Of a DNA stretch of 32,000 nucleotides, positions 21,744-31,391 are shown piece by piece. The notes under the pieces are model-generated. The model made no database searches. It had not been told where the DNA came from and was given only the letters and a program-made list of their open reading frames with translations. The translations under genes and the position numbers were made by a program. How positions within the stretch are numbered: the first letter of the stretch is position 1; the number at the start of each line of letters is the position of its first letter. The DNA is taken from NCBI RefSeq assembly GCF_000400465.1, contig NW_008806295.1:1-32000 (forward strand), written 5' to 3'. Source of the DNA: Wallemia ichthyophaga EXF-994. Taxonomy: Eukaryota; Fungi; Basidiomycota.

Positions 21744-22878
21744 TTAGTCTACTAACCACGCCTTGCTTATGTAGTTGCGGATAGAATCTGCAAATATGAG
21801 CACCACTGTCTTGGAAGGGTCTTGGGAGATGGCGCTGCCCTGTTCGGTACGAAAGAACTGTAGTGCACCCGCTAAGCAGCTCCCCGCAGACCCACCAACG
21901 AGCAGGCCTTCTTCGCGGATAAGCTGACGCGTGCAATCGAAAGACTCCTCGTCGCCCGTCTTGACCCAGACATCTACAACACTTCTATCGAGTGTGTCTG
22001 GGAGGAAGTCATAGCCGATGCCTTGTGATATATAGTGAGTAGATCAAGTACACCGAATCGCACATCACACACCTTCAACAGCATAAGCGTGTGTTTCTCC
22101 ATTCAGCGACTCGGGCAAAGCAAGTGAACTACCGAGAGGATCAACGCCCACGACAAAGAGCCCATCTCTGAAACCGTTGGTTGGGGAGTGAGATGAGTTG
22201 TGAGTGCGCAATCCGCGCGCTACCCCAGTGATAGTCCCACCCGTACCCACGCCGCTGACGACAGCGTCTGCGATGGCATCGTGGCCCAATGAGAACTGAA
22301 TATCGCGAGCTATTTCTACAGATGTGCCCAGTTCGTGAGCAAGTGCATTATGTCTGTTAGTGTACTGGTTAAGCATGACTCCGCCGTCTACTTGGCGTAC
22401 CAGTCGCTTCGCCACGCCTATGTTACTATTGGGGGAGTCGCTCGGAGCATCATTGGGAGTACGTATAATGTGTGCGCCGAGTGCTCGCATCACTGTGACC
22501 TTCTCGCTGCTCATTTTATCCGGTATCGCTATCATTACCTTGTACCCGAGCCGTGCTGCCACTAGACACAACCCGATGCCCGTGTTGCCGGACGTTGGCT
22601 CTATTATGGTACTCTGCCCACGCACTAGCTCGCCCGCACGCTCCGCCTCGTCAATCATCCGCTCCGCTATCCGGTCTTTGAGACTGCCGCCAGGCGAGTA
22701 CGCCTCGACTTTGCCCACTAGTAGGCTTTTAGTGTCGTGTGCGGCACTCACACTCCTGTCACCTACGCAAATTGCACCGTATCGAATGCCGCGCTGCCAC
22801 CTTGTCGAGCCGGATCAGCGGCGTGTCGCCTATTACATCTAAACTCGAATCTAAAATGCCTTTCTTGCTCTTTGTCAT
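21744..22878 (-). CDS. CYS4: Cystathionine beta-synthase, catalytic domain only (about 344 aa), 3 exons
   Basis: IGDTPLIRL, PGGSLKDRIA (PLP lysine), IEPTSGNTGIGL, GVGTGGTITG, VEGIGYDFLP and DSIRNYISK. Introns 22766-22718 and 22072-22022. The gene symbol is tentative because the C-terminal domain is absent. Confidence 0.85.
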
Positions 22879-22964
22879 TGTCGCTGTGTAAAATGGCGTG
22901 CGTGCGTTGTTTCAAGGTGTTGCCGCTATTGAGCACCTGATACGGTCACACTATCACACTCTCT

Positions 22965-22976
22965 AATGACGTCATT
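22965..22976. promoter_or_regulatory. 12-bp perfect palindrome AATGACGTCATT (bZIP site: CRE/ATF or CYS3/MetR type)
   Basis: Read directly from the sequence, about 90 bp upstream of the CBS start codon. Confidence 0.55.
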
Positions 22977-23044
22977 CATCTTCTACTGCAAGTTGCTCAA
23001 GTTTAGCTGTGGCTGTGTGGCTGTAGAAGATAGGAGCAGTAGCA

Positions 23045-23056
23045 TTAGCCAATCAG
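23045..23056 (+). promoter_or_regulatory. CCAAT box (TTAGCCAATCAG, full NF-Y/Hap consensus)
   Basis: Located in the CBS/peptide divergent intergenic region. Confidence 0.45.
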
Positions 23057-23563
23057 TTCTTTCAAAAGCACATACAACACATCCTCAACAGCTTTCGTGC
23101 CAATCGAGCCGATAGAAGCCATCACACTGGCGTTGCAAATACCCTACCGACGTGTGGGATGTAAGGTAGAATTAGGATAAGAGTATCACCCGGATCCTGC
23201 TCTATGATGGCGTTAGACATTCACGATGCACACGCGAAATGCAAATAACGTGCAAGTAAGCACCGATGTACCGTCAAATACTTCTAACGCCAATATTTGC
23301 GACTATATCCGATCGGGCTATCTGATTATCTGATTTTCTGCTGGAGCCTGTTACAAGCAGGCACAATCGCTGTAATTAAAAATAGTGCTGTTCGCTCGCT
23401 TAGTCCGAAAGCTTAAGCTGCTAAAGAAGACATTGCCAACTTCTCCAAGTTGCTCTGTGCCACGGTATAAGCCATTTCTTTACTGTGAGAACAATCTTCA
23501 TGCACTCAAATAGATCCGTTATCTGAAAAGTCCCGCGATCTTTATCTCGCTTGCGTTGAATGT

Positions 23564-23592
23564 CTTTCGGAGATTAACCGAAAGGGTATAAA
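23564..23592 (+). promoter_or_regulatory. Inverted repeat CTTTCGG-N7-CCGAAAG followed by a TATAAA box
   Basis: Inverted repeat at 23564-23584 and TATAAA at 23587-23592, about 55 bp upstream of ATG 23645. Confidence 0.55.
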
Positions 23593-23644
23593 GTGTGCAC
23601 TTGCCAGCAGTATACTCCTCCGCCTCTCACAAAATTCTTCTGTC

Positions 23645-23898
23645 ATGTTCAGCAAAATCTTCTCTGTCGCTGCCATCCTCGCTCTCATTGGTGTCGCTGC
23701 TGCTCAGCCAGGTAGGTGTGTACGAAAGCAATACACTTGAGCTCACGCTCTCGCAGTTGCAAATGTCCAAGCTAGAACGTGCATGTGTGTTCCTAACACC
23801 ATGGGTACTGGTGAGTGAGCGCACTGCACAGACACTTGGTAACTGACTCAGATCTAAAAGGTTGTACAATGTCTCCAGAATGCTACTCTCAGAAGTGA
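23645..23898 (+). CDS. Small secreted Cys/Met-rich peptide precursor (55 aa), 3 exons, absent from the ORF track
   Basis: Exons 23645-23711, 23757-23810 and 23852-23898. Introns GTAGGT..CTCAC..CAG (45 nt) and GTGAGT..CTGAC..CAG (41 nt). Product: MFSKIFSVAAILALIGVAAAQPVANVQARTCMCVPNTMGTDLKGCTMSPECYSQK*. Confidence 0.8.
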
Positions 23899-24038
23899 GC
23901 CCTGAAACCTCAGACTTTCTTGTATACACACTACAACATTCTTTTCCCATTACTCCAAATTAAGACTACAGATTGTATCAAAATGACTATATTACAAAGA
24001 ATTTGTGGTGTCAAGTCAGGGATAAAATGGTAATATGA

Positions 24039-25952
24039 TTAGCTGGAGTGAACACTCTGACTGAGACTATGCCGAGAAAGCGTTGATTTGCGGTCAAGGA
24101 GAGCCTCAGTGCTTCTATGCATACGGAGATTATCACGAGAAGGTTGATATGGCGGATGGAGTTGTTGATATCTACCGAACTGCTGTTCTTCACTATTTTC
24201 CTCATTCTCGACCACATTTTTACGTTTGTCGAGTCTGAAATCGCCCATGAAGAGCAAAGCAACGACAATTGGGATGATGGAGATAACGACGGCTGGTATA
24301 TTCTGCAGACGCATATTATTAGCGAAAGCGTGAACAAGTTTGTCTCTTTGGGGTGTTCCAATCGCCCCTAGCATCCTGCCCAACTCGTGAGGAGAATCGG
24401 CATATTGAGACGCAGTCTCAACGCTCCATTCCGGGAACTGTTCGCAAATATACGGCACCAAATAAGCTGTGTTGAGTGCAGAAGATACTGAGCTGCCGAT
24501 AACACTGCCAATTTCAGCAAAGAGCAGAATAACAGAAACAGATAAGGAGAGATCCTGATGGGGGACGCTTCCCTGAGCGCCTACTTGTGTTGCTGCAGAC
24601 GCTACACCCCCTCCGCCACCCTGAAGTACCTGAGTCATGAGCAGAGCGGCAGTCGTGGGATGCACGCGCGCATACAGCATCAGAGCGTGTCCGAGCATGC
24701 GCGCACATAGCGCTGCTACAACAAACCCCCGCCAGCGCAGCTGGTATATTGACACCAACAACCCGAAAGCTATCGCGAAAAATGAAAGACAGAGATTCTG
24801 GGTCGATGTGAAATACAGCGCATTTGCGTCGCTCCAGTCCGTCGCTACGTATACGTATTGGGTCAGCGTGTTGAATGATAAGCTGAACGAAATGAAATCG
24901 CAAAGATTGATCATGCACGTTGATATGATGGTCCTGTTGGCGAGGAATCGTAGTGGGAGTATCGGGTGCACCGCGCTAGTGGCCTCCCAGTAGATGAAGG
25001 CGGGGAGGATAATTGTGGCCCCGACAGTCATCATGAAGGGAAGCGCGGTGCCATTCCACTGCAGGGAACTCTGTCCAACGAGAACTATCGGGAGAAATAT
25101 GTAAACGAGCCAGCCTAGCAAGAGGTAGAGACCGATAATGTCAACATCGCTGCAGATGTTGTAGATCTTGTGTGAGAGTGGCAGAGCTGCTTTGTGGATG
25201 TTAGGGTGGGCGTGTTGGCGGGCTTTAGATTGCGCGCGGAAGAGAATGAAGATTATTGGAAGGATCGCAGGAAGAAACAGACAAGCTTCAATGGCAAAAA
25301 TACCCCTCCAACCTACACCACCCTCGCTCAGCGCGCTGTTCACGGCCTTTCCCGAAAAGTAAAAGAGGACGAATTGCCAACCGCAGCCAGCAATACCGGA
25401 GAACAAACTACGGTAGCGGAGATTTGTGACGTCGGCGATGACGACCTGCAGCGCGATCTGGAAACCACTGTTGCCGAGTTGCCAGAGACATCTGCCTACG
25501 CTCAAACCAGAAACTGTAGGCGAAGCTGCGCAGATGAGGTATCCAAGAGACATGGAAAACATTGTGATGGAGAGTGATTCAGGGCGACCGGCGACATTGA
25601 GCAGCTTTCCAAAGAAAGGCTTGGCTGTGCTGTTGACAATGGATGAAGCTGCTAAAACCGCAAGCTGAGCTCTTGAATGTCCGATTTCGTTGAAAGCAGC
25701 GTTTGTTATGTAGCTGTTAGTGCCCTGATCGAAGGAAAAGATGAAAGATGCAAAGAAAATGCCAATAGAGAGAAGAATTATTGTACTTTTTGACAGAGAC
25801 TGCTGATCTTGAGACTCACGTCGTTATCTGATAATGATCTGACTCACAAATTGAGCGGCGATCACCTTCCGCACGCCATCTTGTGTATCGAAGGTATCTT
25901 CTGTGCCATTGTTGTCGACGTATCGCTCATCGTGTGCTTCTGTGCTGCTCAT
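24039..25952 (-). CDS. Siderophore-iron MFS transporter (SIT/ARN/MirB family), about 622 aa
   Basis: ATG 25952, QDGVRKVIAAQF, intron 25847-25803, then ...SFIFSFDQGT...TAKPFFGKL...GRPES..., VIADVTNLRYR, HPILPLRFLANRT and ATQVGAQGSVPHQDL. Confidence 0.85.
25824..25834. promoter_or_regulatory. Quasi-palindromic double GATA element TTATCTGATAA inside intron 1 of the siderophore transporter
   Basis: Matches ATCWGATAA on both strands. Further GATAA cores lie at 25971-25976, 26054-26062 and 26069-26073, upstream of the ATG. Confidence 0.5.
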
Positions 25953-26434
25953 CGACGTACTGATGATCAAAGATAATCAATCAGCCGCACGAGCCAGGGA
26001 AATTCAAAATTAGATCGAAATTTGCACCGATTGGAGGTATGAAGTGCGGAGGTCTCAGATAAATTCAATTATCAACTGATTTTCACACTGGGCTGTCTGA
26101 TTTTGAGATTTCCAGGTCGCTCTACGTATCACCATCAGCCGTGAAAAAGGATTTAAGGATTGGCAACTGTGGCGATTGTGTATCACACCTTGTAAAGTCA
26201 GCTCAGATAGTTAAAATCTTGAAATACTCGGAAGCACCCCTATTTACATCTACACGCTGTGATTCACTTTGAGTTCCACTTTTACAGCTCTGATATAGCT
26301 CTTGAAAATACGGCCAAGTACTGTTACCACCCAAAATGCACTCAGATTTTTGAGAATAGCTTTTTTTATTTTTCAATATTGCGCTCGAGTCGTAATGCAC
26401 ATGTCCGTCCGGCACACATTAAACACAAATCACA

Positions 26435-27237
26435 ATGATCTCTTATTATTTGATTCCAGCAGCATCTGTAGCAAAGTGGAGCTTTCTACCCTGCGCTCTC
26501 CTGGGTATGTTCATACCCGATACCCACTATACTGCCTTTCAAGATGGGGCAATATACTCTATCATCGACATAATCACTGAGTCTAATAACAGAATTCAGA
26601 CTTCAGCTTATGCATCCCGGATTCCAGATCATCTCAAAGTGAATTTGATATTTACATCTCTATTCTTATTTGGGATGATCATTTCGCGAACAAAACGTTG
26701 GAACAGTAATGAAAGATCATGTCTTAGGTCTTCAAGAATTTTCTTACTCGTCTACCAAATTCTATCCAATTTGAATTATTTTCCAAAGCATCTAAATACT
26801 GCCATCTTTATTTGCATAAGCATTTGGAAAATCATAAGTCAAAAAATTACGAGTGGAAGTGGCCACATATAAACATCAAAGAATGGCTTGCGGTATTTTA
26901 TCATACGATGAATATTATGCTGATTCGAAATCACATCCTTCATTTGATATCATTTTTCACTAGCGCCTTTATTATGGATCGAGATACAGTCGATTTCATG
27001 GCTATCAAGATGGCAATTTTCTTGGCTTCGCATATTATTATGGAGTTTTTCAAAATGATGTTGGTAGAGTACAGCGGCGCGTCGGAAGAGGATAACGTGA
27101 AGACGCAAGATGTATCGAAGACAAAGGAGGGAGATGTTGACGGAGAAGTATCATATGCGAAGGATGTAAAAGCAGGTGAAGAATTTGCGACGGATAAGAG
27201 CGTGGAAGCAGATAGGGAAGGCGCTGTCAAAACATAG
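26435..27237 (+). CDS. Hypothetical multi-pass membrane protein; the exon structure or frame break is unresolved
   Basis: Good start context (AAATCACA-ATG) and two hydrophobic ORFs in different frames that overlap over 26728-26872. No recognisable family. Confidence 0.4.
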
Positions 27238-27636
27238 AAGAAGATATAGACGTATGATGATATTTTAATAAACTGCATGTACTGTATTCCTTAAAAGGTC
27301 TCAATAACCACATCAGCATTGGCCACACACAAACAACATTATAAAATATCAACAACCACAGAGAGAGAATTAATACATTAGCGTTTCAAAATGTGAAAGT
27401 AACAAAAATGATGTGAAAGTAACGAAACACGAAGGGAGACGTTTCAAGGATGTTTATTTAGCTTTATTTGTGATTGTAGGGAGAAGAGTGGATTGGAGTG
27501 TGGATTAGATTACTATAGTGTCATAGCCTAGGTAGTTCGGTTGGCAAGTGTTGATGTAGGTGTGTTGTGTTGATTAGTAAGGGGTATATACAATTCTTAT
27601 GCTTGTATAATTGATAAAATCACTTTTTTGCTGCTT

Positions 27637-29193
27637 TTATTTGTCCTCCTTCTTCTCACTCTGATTTTCAGCGAGGTTCATCGACTTTATTGGATCATCT
27701 GAAGTATCAGTCAAACCACCCGAGGCGTCAATTTGACGTTCTTCTCCATCCTTTATTGGTACAATCTTCTGGGAATGCTGTTCGTTTGACTCATCGTCTG
27801 ATTCACTATCATCGGACAAAGAAGCGTAAACTAATTGACCATCTTTGTTTGTGACTGATCCTGACGGTTGAAATACTATTCCACCACTTTCCAAAGCTTC
27901 TTGGAGGGATGAGCCAGATGCACCAGCCATATTTGAAAGTATAGATAATGGAGAGTTACCAAATCTATTAGCATCGAATCCACCACCACTTTGTTCACTT
28001 GATTCGACTGGGAGTTGAGTTTTTTCAAAGATATCAGCAACAGATTCAGGAGTTTTGTGACCAATGTTGTTTTCCACTCTATCCTTGACCCACTTCCTCC
28101 ACTCCTCTTGAGAACGATCACCGAGGATTGCAACAATGGTGATCGTCATGTTGTCACAGCCAATACCACCTAATTCAGAGTCAGGAGCTAAGCATTTATC
28201 CATAATGTGTGCGCAGATATCCTTGAGTTCATCACCATTCGCGATGGCTCTTCTTGTAACGTCAATAACTTGTTGTGAGCTTAAACAATCCCAAATACCG
28301 TCACATGCGAGAATGAGGAATTCTTCTTCACCTGTGCATTCGTGTTCGATGATATCAGGTACAGCAGTGACGATTTGAGATTCAGGGCCCAAATCTGTGT
28401 TTTGTTTAAATTCGAAGTCACCAATGGCACGTGAGAGTGCAAGATTACCATTAACTCTACCGATTTCAACAAAACCGCCTGCTTTAACGATTCTATCGGA
28501 CTCCAAATCGTTTTGAGGTTTGTGATCGAACGAGAGAGAGAAATGTTGACCAGCTAGGGAGAGGACGGCTCTAGAATCACCAGCATTTGCACAAATGATT
28601 CTTCTGGCGTTGACTTTTGAATTTATAGCTGAAGGCTCAGGTGGAGTGATGAGTACGCTGACGGCAGTACAACCAGAAGGATCAGATGAAAGTTCAGGGC
28701 TTGCTTTGATGGCTTCGTCAGTATTGAGATAGCTGTTAATAAGAGCAGCGTGCCAGTCACCAGACTTGAACTCGGCAGACCTGGCTAATCTAGCGTAGAG
28801 AGTGGCACCAGTGTATCTAGCAACGTTTGAGCCACCGTGACCATCATATACGGCGAAGAATGCAGGCTTCTTTGAAATTTCTTTGTTTGATTCTTTGGTT
28901 TCAAAAGATTTTGCGTTGGAAGGATCCTCAACTTCTGGGGCGTGGGAGTCATGCGCCCTGTTTAAATCGAGGACGGCGGTGTGGGCGTCTTCCATGCCTG
29001 AATAGAGATTAATAGGGGAAACTAGGAAATTACTAGATTAACCCACTTATCCGCCATCCTTGCATTTCAGAAACGGCGTAAACAAAGTCAGCGTCTTCAC
29101 CAGTCGCATAAGATTTGTCGACGACCTTAGTAAATTAGATGAAGACTAGGAGATTACTAGTGAACCCACTGGAGCAGATAGAGTTGAGCCCAT
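27637..29193 (-). CDS. PTC2: PP2C phosphatase, Ptc2/Ptc3 type, 3 exons
   Basis: MGSTLSAP|VVDK...SEMQGWRI|SMEDAH, FFAVYDGHGG, CANAGDSRAVL, GRVNGNLALSRAIGDFEFK, ILACDGIWD and GCDNMT. Confidence 0.92.
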
Positions 29194-29245
29194 TTGAGAT
29201 ATTTAAGATGATTCTTGGTGGTACAAGTGCAAGAAGGTTAGTGGA

Positions 29246-30075
29246 TTAAAATTTAATTACAATGATTGATAAATTGTCAGTTGATAGGTTGTTCAAGGCG
29301 TAGTCTAAGAGTAATTGAGAAGCTTCCTCACCCGATTTACAGCGTTTGATAAGCTCAACGACTTGATTATCCGTTACAACATCCCATAATCCATCACAGG
29401 CGATGATAAGCCATTCATCTTCATCTGTTAAGTCTATCTCGGTTGTGTAAGGCGATCCAACGACATACTGCTTCATTGGGCTATCACCTAATGCTCTTGT
29501 TACCGCTAAAACACCATTTACGCGTCCGTTTAGGATATATCCACCTGCATCCATTATCCTCTTTTGCTCATTCTCATCAGATCCTTTATGATCATAAGTT
29601 AATCTAATAGCTTGACCACTTCTGCTGTTGATTTTTTAGTTTTAAAGGGATATGACGTAGATACGTGGGGTACACACCACAACACAGCCCTTGCATCACC
29701 AACGTTAGCCGTGTAGAGAGTACGAGTACCTTGTGGATTTTGTTTGTCCTTATTCACCACATCATTCACTCCATTCCCATATAAAATCAAGCTAACAACT
29801 GCGGTACACCCAGAACTCAACGATTGCTCATTATCAACTGATAAGAAAGACTGATTAAGATTATCAGATACGCTCTTAAATTTTGTAAAGTTGTTCAGAA
29901 TCGTTTGATGAAGATTATCACCGCAATAATCTGACAATGATTTACCTGCGTGGCCATCGAACAACCCAGCGTATAATTGATTTGAAACGTTATTGAAATC
30001 ATTCAACACGGTAACCTTATCCTCCATCGTTCTTCTAAATTTCTGATTTTGATCCTCTGAAATACCGATCGACAT
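29246..30075 (-). CDS. PTC1: PP2C phosphatase, Ptc1 type (about 258 aa), 2 exons
   Basis: [28 protein letters not shown], intron 29677-29625, [35 protein letters not shown] and STDNLS. Confidence 0.9.
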
Positions 30076-30188
30076 TGTTGATGATGGTGGCGATGTGAGT
30101 TGTGAACAAACCGCGATTTATATTTTGCACGCAATGTTTCACTTTTTCAAATATATTTAGTGTTCACTCATCTCTACCTCGTACTTCC

Positions 30189-31298
30189 ATGTCCACTTCC
30201 ACTTCATTAGATCATTTATCTCAATGTGACAGCATCATTTCTTCCATTCTGATTGACTTGGTTTGGGGTTTTAACGTTGTAAAGCCTGCTCAGTGTAGGC
30301 TAGATCTTGGACACTCAAAGGACACTATCATCGACATGGTCAGTAGATTAAATTACAACACCGCAAGGCTCGATCAGGGTTTGCTAGAACTCACTAGCAT
30401 AAAAGACTACCTCCGTAGAAAGAGGATCCTTTTCAAGAGCCTCTTTAAAGATCATTTACACGTTTATACCCTTCTATTCCACCCTTCCACTCCTTTTGAA
30501 GTTTGTTTCAATAGAAGACTCTCATCCTTAACTCACAAAGAAGAATACTCTTTGATTGCTACCAAAAACATCCCCTCAAACACTCCAGTCAAGAATTGCC
30601 TTGCTACCCTCACTAAAATCACGCCTAAACAAGACCAGTTCTTGACTGACTCTAATAATGACTGGAGTGTCCTCACTAGCCTTTCCTCAGGTACCCGCAT
30701 CTTCCTTGGCCCTGCCAGATTCGCAAATCACGACTGCAATAACAACTGCCAACTCCAACGCACCAAAGACCACATCAACCTCGTCACGATAAGGTGTATC
30801 CGTAAAGGTGATGAAATCCTACTCAATTACGGCCCGCACTACTTCGGAGAGAATAACGAAAAGTGCTTCTGTCGTTCGTGCGAGGCTGGCTGTAAGGGTG
30901 CATTCCGACATGCCAATAGTGCCAATAGTGTTAATAGTCCAGTTGACAACCAACTCCGGACGAGATTCAATAGCTACATACGCTCAAGCACAAACAGCTC
31001 AACTAACCACTCGCGATCACGCTCCTTGTCCTCAGGGAGCTCCTCCCTCACTCCCCTCTCCTCAGCCCCTTCCTGTCTCGACGAGATGCTATGCCAGAAC
31101 AATCACTGCACAAATGAAAAATTACCGGATAGTGCTGAGTGCTACACTTGCGACATTCATCGTAGGATTTACAAAAACTCCTGGCCCATGCGTAGTCGCC
31201 CGGTCGATACCATCCACACTCCCACCAACCAGAACCAAGACTCAGAAGACTCAGCAGTCTCGGAAGACTCCACAGACTCTGACTTTATGAGTGAATGA
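30189..31298 (+). CDS. SET9: Histone H4K20 methyltransferase Set9 (KMT5/SUV4-20 family)
   Basis: FLGPARFANHDCNNNC, GDEILLNYGPHYFGENNEKCFCRSCE, and the C-terminal C..CDIHRRIY...WP motif. ATG 30189 is preferred over GTG 30102. Confidence 0.9.
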   Translation: MSTSTSLDHLSQCDSIISSILIDLVWGFNVVKPAQCRLDLGHSKDTIIDMVSRLNYNTARLDQGLLELTSIKDYLRRKRILFKSLFKDHLHVYTLLFHPSTPFEVCFNRRLSSLTHKEEYSLIATKNIPSNTPVKNCLATLTKITPKQDQFLTDSNNDWSVLTSLSSGTRIFLGPARFANHDCNNNCQLQRTKDHINLVTIRCIRKGDEILLNYGPHYFGENNEKCFCRSCEAGCKGAFRHANSANSVNSPVDNQLRTRFNSYIRSSTNSSTNHSRSRSLSSGSSSLTPLSSAPSCLDEMLCQNNHCTNEKLPDSAECYTCDIHRRIYKNSWPMRSRPVDTIHTPTNQNQDSEDSAVSEDSTDSDFMSE

Positions 31299-31391
31299 AA
31301 CATAAGATCTAGTGTACAATTGAGACTTGTCATATCTAATCATTTTTGTAATGTATATTTCCTTAATCCGTTCCAACGCTTAACAGCTAAA

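Noticed and set aside
23595-23950. ORF-track entries 23595..23846 (+) and 23627..23950 (-)
   Set aside because: They read through introns or are antisense. The spliced 55-aa model explains the region with canonical splice signals and a signal peptide.
27391-27423. 13-bp direct repeat ATGTGAAAGTAAC x2 with a 20-bp period
   Set aside because: Only two copies, in a region of convergent 3' ends. Most likely local slippage; not CRISPR-like or a transposon end.
30102-30188. GTG-initiated N-terminal extension of SET9
   Set aside because: It occupies the 113-bp divergent promoter shared with PTC1, and Set9-like sequence begins after ATG 30189.
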